NCBI GenBank assembly: GCA_963765145.1
Contig: CAVXVG010000024.1
Location: 12,609-76,608 of the forward strand
Direction: 5' to 3'
DNA from: Parachlamydiales bacterium
GTDB lineage: Bacteria; Chlamydiota; Chlamydiia; Chlamydiales; JAJFMK01
DNA length: 64,000 nucleotides
Shown here: positions 10,917-19,546 of the stretch, piece by piece
How the letters are laid out: every line of letters begins with the position of its first letter
Position numbering within the stretch: the stretch's first letter is position 1
Made by a program: the position numbers and the translations under genes
Notes under the pieces: model-generated
Told to the model about the DNA's origin: nothing
The model's database searches: none
The model's input: only the letters and a program-made list of their open reading frames with translations

Positions 10917-12092
10917 GTGATGAAAGGACAAGCTGCCTCTCTCGAGGTTCAATCCTCCTCTTTGTGGACGACAGGCCTTGCCCTTTTTTCGATGTTTTTT
11001 GGAGCCGGCAACCTGATATTTCCCCTATTGATTGGCCAATCTGTAGGAGAAAATGGGTGGTATGCCATCGGTGGTCTTGGGATCACGGCTGTTCTTGTTC
11101 CTTTTTTAGGGCTTGCCGGGATGGTGTTGTTTGACGGAGATATCCACCGCTTTTTTGGCAGGTTGGGAAAAGCTCCCGGTTGGACCCTTTTGTTATTATT
11201 GCAGTTGATTTTAGGCCCTTTTGGTGTGATTCCACGGTTGGTCACCTTGATGTACGCGATGGCAAAGCCCTATCTTTTCCAACTCTCTTTGCCTGCCTTT
11301 AGTGTCGTTTGTGCTGTCGCGATTTTTCTTTTCAGTTTCCAGAGGCAAAGATTGATGAGTTTATTAGGGGGAGTGTTGACCCCGATTTTGCTTCTTTCTC
11401 TTGCTGCACTTCTCTACTTTGGTTTGACGGAGCCCTCTACATTGAACCCTGTTTCGCCTACAGCTTCGAACAGTTTTTTTGAAGGGTTGTTGGGCGGTTA
11501 CAATACGATGGATTTAATCGCGGCTTTTCTTTTTGCCACTGTTGTATTGCCCCACTTTAAAAAAGAGGCAATGAGTCAAGGCCGTTCGGTTCTGCAAAAG
11601 ATTTTGTACTCCAGTTTAATTGCCGCCGGCCTCCTTTTTTTAACTTACATAGGGCTTGCCACCGTTTCTTCGATGCATGGCTGGTCGTTGGAATCTTCCA
11701 TTCCTCAAGAAGAGTTATTAGCCGCTATCGCAACTAAATTACTAGGGCCTATAGGGGCGCTTCTTGCAGCCATGGCTGTGATCACCGCTTGCCTGACTAC
11801 AGCGATGACACTTTCCTCCATTTTTGCCGACTATCTTCAAAAAGATCTGTTAAAACAGAAGATTGGATCTACTCAAGCCCTTGCTTTGACCCTTCTGATC
11901 ACAACTCTTTTTGCCAATTTAGGTTTTAGCGGCATTGCTGCCTTTTTAGGGCCGATTTTGCAAATCTGCTATCCAGGCCTCATTGTCTTGACCTTGTTCA
12001 ACATTCTCCACCATTTCTATGGCATCCGAACAGTCAAGCTGCCAGTCTTTGTCACCTTCGCCTGTTCTGCCGCCTTCTACTTCATTGTTTAA
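10917..12092 (+). CDS. brnQ: Branched-chain amino acid transport system II carrier
   Basis: GLALFSMFFGAGNLIFP, GYNTMDLIAAF and ACLTTA motifs. Confidence 0.93.
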   Translation: MMKGQAASLEVQSSSLWTTGLALFSMFFGAGNLIFPLLIGQSVGENGWYAIGGLGITAVLVPFLGLAGMVLFDGDIHRFFGRLGKAPGWTLLLLLQLILGPFGVIPRLVTLMYAMAKPYLFQLSLPAFSVVCAVAIFLFSFQRQRLMSLLGGVLTPILLLSLAALLYFGLTEPSTLNPVSPTASNSFFEGLLGGYNTMDLIAAFLFATVVLPHFKKEAMSQGRSVLQKILYSSLIAAGLLFLTYIGLATVSSMHGWSLESSIPQEELLAAIATKLLGPIGALLAAMAVITACLTTAMTLSSIFADYLQKDLLKQKIGSTQALALTLLITTLFANLGFSGIAAFLGPILQICYPGLIVLTLFNILHHFYGIRTVKLPVFVTFACSAAFYFIV

Positions 12093-12151
12093 AAGAGGTT
12101 GTGAAAAACTCTGAATCAGGAACATGATCGCCCTCACGAAAGGCGTTTCTC

Positions 12152-15100
12152 ATGTTCAACAGAGTCTGTTTTTTGGTCCTCATCTTGGGTGCTCTTGCAG
12201 CTGAAGAAGAGAGGATTGCCCACTTTGAAGGGTCTCCATCCGGTATAGCTGCAGGATGGGTCAATGTGATCTCAGGATCTATTGTCCATCAAGAAACCGA
12301 CCTGATCATTCCGGGAATTGAACCGCTTCAAATCTCTCGATCGCCTCTTTATGCGCCAGGCTATTTCCCCAAAGATAAGGTAAAAGAGAGCTGGAATTTC
12401 TCTTTTAAAGAAACTCTTCAACGGCAAATGGATAATGGAAGAGAGAATCTGGTTGTACACCAAGGTTCTCAAGAGCTGCTCAGTTTTAAAAATGGCGATC
12501 CCCATAATCCTGAAAAGAGGTTTTTTAAATCATCGGATCATCCAAGAGGATATACTAACCAAGCTGCAGGACCTCGACCAACTGGACAAACCGCTTTAAA
12601 AAACTATTGGGTGAATCGGGGCTCTCCTCACTGGATGACTCTTACTTCAGGGTCTGGGGAAGTGAGAGACTATCAGGGCAATCCTGCTCAATCGTCCAAA
12701 AAAGATGTTTGGCTGCCTTTAAAAGAGGTTATAAAGCCAAACGGCTTTCGCTACTTCATTGGATATGACCGGAACAATGAAAAACAAGGGGTCACCTTAA
12801 AAACTCCAAGTGGAAGAGAGGTGGCTTTCTATCTTGCTGACGACAAGGGAGATGCCCTTTCCATCACATCATTTGATGACCGTTCTGTCCAATATCAATT
12901 CCAAAAAATGGGTGGAAGAAATGGATCGACGTTTAGGTTTTTAAAAGGGGTAGAAAGAAGCGATAGCCCCTCCGTTCAGTATGAATATGTCACAGACGAT
13001 CTTCAAAATGGGCAACTCAAAAAAATCCAATATCCTGAAGACCGCGCCATCTCGTTTCAGTATTGGAACAGCAATAGCGAAAAAAACAACCGCTCTAGTC
13101 TTAAGGTTAAGACCCTTTATCAACCTGCAGGGACAAATTCAACCCCAATTGCAACACACACTTTTGCCTACTACACCAAAGATAAAGAGAGAAGTGGCTG
13201 GACCGATGTCATCGACTTCGAAGGTAACAAAGATGTTTACCTGTTTGATGCCGACTATCGGCTGCGAGAGGTCAGAAACTACAAAGGGTTGTCAGAAAAG
13301 CACTTTGTGGAAACATTTTTTTGGGACAAAGAGGGGCAACTGACTTTATCTGCCTTGTCAGATGGTCACGACAACCCTCTCCGCGCAAAATCGTATGGCT
13401 ATTCGGATAAGAGAGGCAATGCGACTGAAGAAAGGGAGTTTGGAAATCTAACAGGAGAGGGAAAAGCCCTCCCACAAATAGATCATAACGGCCATTTTAA
13501 CCAAAGTGGATTAGAAAGTTACGGCTCCTATTTTGACTATTCGAACGATAAAAACCTTCTTGTAAAAGAGCGACATGAAAATGGGATCACTATCCTCTGT
13601 AGCTATAAGGAGGGGACTAATCTTGTCGCGGAGAAGAAAACATTTGCTCATGAATTTTGTGTAAAAAGCGAAACATTTACTTATGACGGAGAGCACCGTC
13701 TTATTGAAACAACTGAGGATGACGGTGAACGAAAAACCATCGTCCGCTTAGCCCCACTCGAAAGGCCTTTTGGCTATCCCCAAGAGAAAAAGATCATTGG
13801 CTGGAGCCAGGAGACCGGAGAGGTTTTTCTAGAGTCTTATCACTACACTTACAATGTACGCGGCGATATTACCTCAGAAGAAAAACGGGACAGCCAAGGA
13901 AGATCGGTTTATAAAATCGAGCGGACCTATGACGGACATGGCAACTGCACTCAAGAAAAAAACGCAGTTGGCGATATCATTAGACGGCTATTTGACCTCA
14001 ACGACAACTGCATCCGAGAAGAAGGGCCTCGTGTTGGCCTTGTCAAAACATTCAGCTACGACTGGATGAATCGATGCACTCAGGAAACGGTTACCTACCT
14101 AGGTGAAGTTACCAAAAGAGACCATGCGTATAACAAGCGAGGGAATAGAACCTCAACTGTGGATCCTTTTGGACAGATCACCCGGTTCACAGTTGATCGT
14201 TTCGGAAATCAGGTCCGTATCGAGTTGCCCCCCGTTCTTGTGGATGGCATAGAAAAAATACCGGTGATCCAACAAAGCTTTGACCATTTCGGAAATGTTC
14301 TGACTGCTACCGACCCGCTGGGGTACACCACACAGAAAAAGTACACTTCACGAAACAAACCCTGCTTTATTGAACACCCTGATGGGACCTCCGAACATTT
14401 TCTCTACACCCGTGATGGCCACCTTTCCCAAACCATCGATCAAGAAGAGGTTAAAACACGTTATCACTGGGATCCTTTAGGAAGGCTTCAGGCCAAAGAG
14501 ACGCCCTTTGGCATAGAATATTTCCATTACAAAGGGATGTTGCTCGAGCGCTCCTTCGACCTAGCAGGTGTAGAAACCCATTACAAATATGACCCATTTG
14601 GAAGGTTAACTGAGACCAGATGCGGCAACCGCAAAGAGACGATTGTATACGATGTTTATGGATACCCTGGTCGTAAAAGCTATTACGAAGAAGATCGGCT
14701 ACTGAAAACAGATGTGACCTGTTATGACGCACTGAAAAGGGTGGTTGAAACCTATGTGGAAGACCCAACAGGTGCCATATTCTGCCCTAAACGGTTTGAA
14801 TATGATGGTGCTGGCAACTGCATTGTCGAATGGGATGACGCTGCAAAAACAGTCAAAACTTACGACGGCGAAAACCGTGTAGTTAAGCTGGTAGACCCGT
14901 TAGGAAATGTCTACCAGATCGATTATCGAAAGGGTTCTGTTCTTGAAAAAACGGTCATCGATCCTTTAGGGCAAAAGGTTGTCACTCTTTACAATACGCA
15001 TGGGAAAGAGGCGAAAATCTCCCATTTTGACAACTTCGGCATTGAGCTGTCGTCGAAAACCCTCTTCTACAACCTTGCAGGCCATCTCGAAAAAGAGGAG

Positions 15101-17260
15101 ACCAAAGCTGATGGGGTTCTACAAACCCTGCTTTATCAACGCGATTCGATGGGAAGAGTCATCGCCTTAATAGAACCTCTTCGAAAAATCACAACAAGCA
15201 AATACACCTCAGGTAAGCTTGCTGTTTTGACCAAGCCTGATGGAGTGCAATTACTTCACACGTATGATCGAGGCAGACTTGCGAGCTTGAAAAGTTCTGA
15301 TGGCAAACTGGCCTATACCTATTCTTACTCTCCTCGAGGAGAGCTTTTGGAGGTTTTAGATGAATTGACAGGCTTTTGCTCGAGACAAGCGTTTTCTATC
15401 CATGGGGATTTAGTAGAAGAGGCGTTGCCAACAGGGCAAACCATCAACTATCAACACGACGGACTTGGGCGTATCATTTCTTACCGGCTTCCGGACGGTG
15501 GAGAAGTTGCCATGGAGCACAATGCCATCGTAGCAACATCCATTACCCGTTATGATCAAAAGAAAAATCTTCTTTATACGCATGCTTATACATCTTTTAA
15601 TCAACGGGGAGATGTTGAAGAACAGCAATTGATCGGGACTGCCGGAAAAATCAACTGTACTTTTGATGAGATGTACCAACTGAAAGGGGCTGTTCATCCA
15701 CGCTACAAGCAAGAAGAGTTGATGTATGATGCGGTAGGAAATCTTCTTTCGTATCGCTTGAATGGAGAAAGCTATCGCTTTTCTTATGATAGCCTCTACC
15801 AACTGACAGAAGAAAAAGGGCATTCCTATTCTTTCGATGCCCTTCATAACAGACGGTCAAAAGATGAGGATCTCTACCAACTCAATGAACTAAATCAACT
15901 GACAGCTGCCGGTGCCTATCATTACACTTACGACCCCAATGGGAATTTGATCCAAGCTGACAACGGACATGAAACCTTACGATTTGGGTATGACCCTCTT
16001 AACCGTCTGATTTTTATTCAAAAAGGGGAACATCAAGTCCACTTCAAATACGATCCATTTAATAGACGGATTTCACAAAATGGAAAGCCCTTCTACTTTT
16101 TTGGTCATCAAGAGATTGGAGATGAGCGATCGCTTCGTATTTTGGGTTTAGGTCTTGGAGCCGATGTTGGAGCAGCTGTAGCCCTTGAGCTCGATGGGCA
16201 GATTTACGCTCCTCTTCACGACCATAACGGTAGCATCACAGCCCTTCTCGACCTTGAGGGCAATCTAGTCGAAGAGTGGAGCTACACTGCCTTTGGTGAG
16301 CAAATTGGCACCACCTCATCTCCTTGGACCTTTTCTTCGAAACGGCACAATCCGCTCACAGGCTGGCTCTCCTTTGGTCGGCGTGATTATGACCCGGAAA
16401 CAGGCCGTTGGACCACCCCAGACCCCCTCGGCTTTGCCGACGGCCCCAACCTCTATGCCTATGTCTCCAACCGCCCCCTCACCCACCGCGACCCGTTAGG
16501 CCTCTTCGAGATTCCTTCAGTCCAAGGACCGCCATATATAACCGAATGGGTTCCTCAAAACCACAATGGAAGCTTTCCTCAGGTCCGTTTTTTCCAAGAT
16601 TTTGAAGCGATGGCAGGTCAATATCAAGGGAATGGAGAGAGATCCAGCATCTTTTCTGTTGGCCATGTAGAAGTGCCAAATAGGGGTGTCGGTTTTATGC
16701 CTGGGATCTTAAACGATAAAAAAGGGACTTCTGAGTCTAGCAATTACATTTCGACTCTAATTGGAGGTGTTAAACTGGATGTGTACCATAACAGTACCCA
16801 TGGTGTTGGACTCGATCTTGCTGAGTGTGATTTTGGGAAAAAGAATATCGCAACGACACCTGTACAACTTCTCCATAGAGGGTGGAGCGATTTTTTCGCG
16901 AAAAACCCCAACGGCTATTATCTCATGTACTGCCACAGCCAAGGGGCGATCCATGTAATGAATGCCCTCATCACTTTTGACAGAGAATTAGCCAAACGGA
17001 TTCAAGTTGTTGCAATTGCCCCCGGCGCCTATATTTATGAGCAATCGTGTGGGAGCGTTGTGCATTATAGAGCTAAGTCGTCGTTAAGAGACCCCATAGC
17101 CCATGGCAGTGATAAGCCTGGAGCCATCAGAGAAGCCGAAACAATCAGAGAGGTTGCATCGCATTGGGATGCCCCTTACCTTGACCATACCATTCTCAGT
17201 CCGACCTATAAGAGACCCATACAGATTGAAGCAAGAAAATTCTTTGGAAACAGGTGGTAA
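12152..17260 (+). CDS. RHS/YD-repeat polymorphic toxin with signal peptide and C-terminal alpha/beta-hydrolase (DUF687-like) domain
   Basis: YD repeats, RHS core FGRRDYDPETGRWTTPDPLG..NLYAYVSNRPLTHRDPLGL, C-terminal CHSQGA nucleophile elbow. Confidence 0.9.
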   Translation: MFNRVCFLVLILGALAAEEERIAHFEGSPSGIAAGWVNVISGSIVHQETDLIIPGIEPLQISRSPLYAPGYFPKDKVKESWNFSFKETLQRQMDNGRENLVVHQGSQELLSFKNGDPHNPEKRFFKSSDHPRGYTNQAAGPRPTGQTALKNYWVNRGSPHWMTLTSGSGEVRDYQGNPAQSSKKDVWLPLKEVIKPNGFRYFIGYDRNNEKQGVTLKTPSGREVAFYLADDKGDALSITSFDDRSVQYQFQKMGGRNGSTFRFLKGVERSDSPSVQYEYVTDDLQNGQLKKIQYPEDRAISFQYWNSNSEKNNRSSLKVKTLYQPAGTNSTPIATHTFAYYTKDKERSGWTDVIDFEGNKDVYLFDADYRLREVRNYKGLSEKHFVETFFWDKEGQLTLSALSDGHDNPLRAKSYGYSDKRGNATEEREFGNLTGEGKALPQIDHNGHFNQSGLESYGSYFDYSNDKNLLVKERHENGITILCSYKEGTNLVAEKKTFAHEFCVKSETFTYDGEHRLIETTEDDGERKTIVRLAPLERPFGYPQEKKIIGWSQETGEVFLESYHYTYNVRGDITSEEKRDSQGRSVYKIERTYDGHGNCTQEKNAVGDIIRRLFDLNDNCIREEGPRVGLVKTFSYDWMNRCTQETVTYLGEVTKRDHAYNKRGNRTSTVDPFGQITRFTVDRFGNQVRIELPPVLVDGIEKIPVIQQSFDHFGNVLTATDPLGYTTQKKYTSRNKPCFIEHPDGTSEHFLYTRDGHLSQTIDQEEVKTRYHWDPLGRLQAKETPFGIEYFHYKGMLLERSFDLAGVETHYKYDPFGRLTETRCGNRKETIVYDVYGYPGRKSYYEEDRLLKTDVTCYDALKRVVETYVEDPTGAIFCPKRFEYDGAGNCIVEWDDAAKTVKTYDGENRVVKLVDPLGNVYQIDYRKGSVLEKTVIDPLGQKVVTLYNTHGKEAKISHFDNFGIELSSKTLFYNLAGHLEKEETKADGVLQTLLYQRDSMGRVIALIEPLRKITTSKYTSGKLAVLTKPDGVQLLHTYDRGRLASLKSSDGKLAYTYSYSPRGELLEVLDELTGFCSRQAFSIHGDLVEEALPTGQTINYQHDGLGRIISYRLPDGGEVAMEHNAIVATSITRYDQKKNLLYTHAYTSFNQRGDVEEQQLIGTAGKINCTFDEMYQLKGAVHPRYKQEELMYDAVGNLLSYRLNGESYRFSYDSLYQLTEEKGHSYSFDALHNRRSKDEDLYQLNELNQLTAAGAYHYTYDPNGNLIQADNGHETLRFGYDPLNRLIFIQKGEHQVHFKYDPFNRRISQNGKPFYFFGHQEIGDERSLRILGLGLGADVGAAVALELDGQIYAPLHDHNGSITALLDLEGNLVEEWSYTAFGEQIGTTSSPWTFSSKRHNPLTGWLSFGRRDYDPETGRWTTPDPLGFADGPNLYAYVSNRPLTHRDPLGLFEIPSVQGPPYITEWVPQNHNGSFPQVRFFQDFEAMAGQYQGNGERSSIFSVGHVEVPNRGVGFMPGILNDKKGTSESSNYISTLIGGVKLDVYHNSTHGVGLDLAECDFGKKNIATTPVQLLHRGWSDFFAKNPNGYYLMYCHSQGAIHVMNALITFDRELAKRIQVVAIAPGAYIYEQSCGSVVHYRAKSSLRDPIAHGSDKPGAIREAETIREVASHWDAPYLDHTILSPTYKRPIQIEARKFFGNRW

Positions 17261-17773
17261 ATGAGTATTATTTTAATTCTAATGTTTAGTCTTTTTAATT
17301 CTAATCCTCCTGATACATACCGACATCCTGAGCATATAAAAGTTGCTCATGCCATCCAGAATGAAGTAGGAGATCGCCTTGAAAAGCGCCACAAAATGGA
17401 AAATATAGGTCAATGTGGAGCTTTATTTGACAAGATTAATGGCCTTGGCTTTAGGTTTCAGGCGATAGGGCCTAAAACTAAAGAAGAGTTGCGAGGAATA
17501 TTAGTTGACTGCACTGAGGAATTGGTAAATGCAGTAAACCAAACTGAAGGCATTGCTCAGCATCTTGGTTCTTACCCATTTTCTTTTGACAAGGTCGATC
17601 TAGCTATTTTTTTAAATGATGATCGGGGCTATGAAATTCATTATCCTTCGTATGGTGTAGTTGGTATTACCCAAGGAGTATTGCATTATCACACTGATGA
17701 AAAAGGAGGAATGGGGTACAAAACTACCGAATCTGAAAGCTATGAAGAGGCTTTAAAGGTACTTGGCAGGTAA
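17261..17773 (+). CDS. Putative cognate immunity protein 1
   Basis: Starts immediately after the RHS stop; N-terminal hydrophobic signal; paralogous to the next genes. Confidence 0.7.
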   Translation: MSIILILMFSLFNSNPPDTYRHPEHIKVAHAIQNEVGDRLEKRHKMENIGQCGALFDKINGLGFRFQAIGPKTKEELRGILVDCTEELVNAVNQTEGIAQHLGSYPFSFDKVDLAIFLNDDRGYEIHYPSYGVVGITQGVLHYHTDEKGGMGYKTTESESYEEALKVLGR

Positions 17774-17774
17774 C

Positions 17775-17872
17775 TTCGCAAAGCGTTTGGAGTGCTAAAC
17801 TCCTGTTTAGCTTTGACTTATCAGTGAAAGTGAAAGCTAAACAGGAGTTTAGCACTCCAAACGCTTCGCGAA
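17775..17872. repeat. Palindromic element family A (REPIN-like), copy 1
   Basis: 40-bp inverted arms TTCGCAAAGCGTTTGGAGTGCTAAACTCCTGTTTAGCTTT (1 mismatch), each with inner hairpin GCTAAAC-N4-GTTTAGC. Confidence 0.95.
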
Positions 17873-17912
17873 AAAAATTGAATCTAGCTCGTAAAACCTG
17901 GAATTGACATTC

Positions 17913-18425
17913 ATGATTTTCATCTTATTTTTGTTGCTTAGCTTTTTTAATTCTAATCCTCCTGATACGTATCAAACTCCAATGCATATAAAAGTTGCTG
18001 ACTCGATTCAGGAGGCGGTGGGAGACCGCCTTGCAGCGCGTCATAAAATGAAACTCATAGGCCAATCTGGGGCTCTGTTTGGAACAATCAATGAGCTCGG
18101 TTTTAGATTCCAGATCACTGGACCTAAAACTAAAGAAGAATTGCGGGAAATATTAGTTGATTGTACTGAAGAACTGGTCAATGCGGTCAACCAAACTGAA
18201 GGAATTAGTCAATACCTCCCTTCATACCCATTTACCATAGAACAAGCAGACATTGATGTTTTTCTGTATGACGAACAAAATGGCGATCTCATTTACCCTC
18301 TATATTGCACGGCAGGCATAAATCAAGGACGTTTGCAATTTTACACCGTTGATAAATACGGAATGGGGTATAAAACGAGAGAATCTGAAAGCTATGAAGA
18401 GGCTTTAAAGGCGCTTGGCAGGTAA
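17913..18425 (+). CDS. Putative immunity paralogue 2
   Basis: Shares FNSNPPDTY, GPKTKEELR, ESESYEEALK.LGR with copy 1. Confidence 0.75.
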   Translation: MIFILFLLLSFFNSNPPDTYQTPMHIKVADSIQEAVGDRLAARHKMKLIGQSGALFGTINELGFRFQITGPKTKEELREILVDCTEELVNAVNQTEGISQYLPSYPFTIEQADIDVFLYDEQNGDLIYPLYCTAGINQGRLQFYTVDKYGMGYKTRESESYEEALKALGR

Positions 18426-18426
18426 C

Positions 18427-18524
18427 CTCGCAACGCGTTTGGAGTGCTAAACTCCTGTTTAGCTTTGACTTGTCAGTGAAAGTGAAAGCGCAACAAGAGT
18501 TGCGCACTCCAAACGCTTCGCGAA
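18427..18524. repeat. Palindromic element family A, copy 2 (variant right arm)
   Basis: Right inner hairpin reads GCGCAAC-AAGA-GTTGCGC. Confidence 0.95.
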
Positions 18525-18564
18525 AAAAATTGAATCTAGCTCGTAAAACCTGGAATTGACATTC

Positions 18565-19077
18565 ATGATTTTCATCTTATTTTTGTTGCTTAGTTTTTTT
18601 AATTCTAATCCTCCTGATACGTATCAAACTCCAATGCATATAAAAGTTGCTGACTCGATTCAGGAGGCGGTGGGAGACCGCCTTGCAGCGCGTCACCAAA
18701 TGGAAAATATAGGTCAATGCGGAGCTCTATTTGACAAGATTAATAGTCTTGGATTTAGATTCCAGATCACTGGACCTAAAACTAAAGAAGAATTGCGGGA
18801 AATATTAGTTGATTGTACTGAAGATTTGGTCAATGCAGTGAACCAAACTGAAGGGATTAGCCAATATCTTCCCTCTTACCCATTTACCATAGAACAAGCG
18901 GACATTGCTATTTTTCTGCGAGACAAACAAAATGGCGATCTCATTTACCCTCTATATTGCACGGCAGGCATAAATCAAGGACGCTTGCAATTTTACACCG
19001 TTGATAAATACGGAATGGGATACAAAACGAGAGAATCTGAAAGCTATGAAGAGGCTTTAAAGGCGCTTGGCAGGTAA
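18565..19077 (+). CDS. Putative immunity paralogue 3 (mosaic of copies 1 and 2)
   Basis: 652 bp downstream of copy 2 and nearly identical, except MENIGQCGALFDKIN as in copy 1. Confidence 0.75.
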   Translation: MIFILFLLLSFFNSNPPDTYQTPMHIKVADSIQEAVGDRLAARHQMENIGQCGALFDKINSLGFRFQITGPKTKEELREILVDCTEDLVNAVNQTEGISQYLPSYPFTIEQADIAIFLRDKQNGDLIYPLYCTAGINQGRLQFYTVDKYGMGYKTRESESYEEALKALGR

Positions 19078-19078
19078 C

Positions 19079-19176
19079 CTCGCAACGCGTTTGGAGTGCT
19101 AAACTCCTGTTTAGCTTTGACTTGTCAGTGAAAGTGAAAGCGCAACAAGAGTTGCGCACTCCAAACGCTTCGCGAA
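19079..19176. repeat. Palindromic element family A, copy 3
   Basis: Same as copy 2, offset 652 bp. Confidence 0.95.
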
Positions 19177-19216
19177 AAAAATTGAATCTAGCTCGTAAAA
19201 CCTGGAATTGAAATTC

Positions 19217-19415
19217 ATGATTTTCATCTGATAAGGTAGGTATTGGTATTTTCCTGCGTGACAAGGAGAACGGTGATATTCTTTTTCCTCTATATTGCGC
19301 AGCAGGTATATGTCATGGAGAGTTGGGATATTTCACGCGCGACAAGGCTGGAATGGGTTACAAAACGACCGAATACGAAAGCTATGAAGAGGCTTTAAAG
19401 GTACTTGGCAGGTAA
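19217..19415 (+). pseudogene. Immunity paralogue 4 with internal deletion
   Basis: ATG ATT TTC ATC TGA joined out of frame to DKVGIGIFLRDKENGDILFPLYCAAG..YESYEEALKVLGR*; unit is 338 bp instead of 652. Confidence 0.85.
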
Positions 19416-19416
19416 C

Positions 19417-19513
19417 TTCGCAAAGCGTTTGGAGTGCTAAACTCCTGTTTAGCTTTGACTTATCAGTGAAAGTGAAAGCTAAACGGGCTCAGGAGCACTC
19501 CAAACGCTTCGCG
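19417..19513. repeat. Palindromic element family A, copy 4
   Basis: Left arm as copy 1, altered right arm. Confidence 0.9.
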
Positions 19514-19546
19514 GATGGGTAATGTTGCTTTAATTGGGGAAAGAAG

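Noticed and set aside
17261..19415. Diversity-generating retroelement
   Set aside because: No reverse transcriptase in the window, and differences between copies are not adenine-specific.
17775..19513. CRISPR array
   Set aside because: Repeats are ~98 bp, the intervening sequences are paralogous genes, and there are no cas genes.
17768..19513. Integron attC cassettes
   Set aside because: No convincing RYYYAAC/GTTRRRY core sites, arms are near-perfect without extrahelical bases, and there is no IntI.
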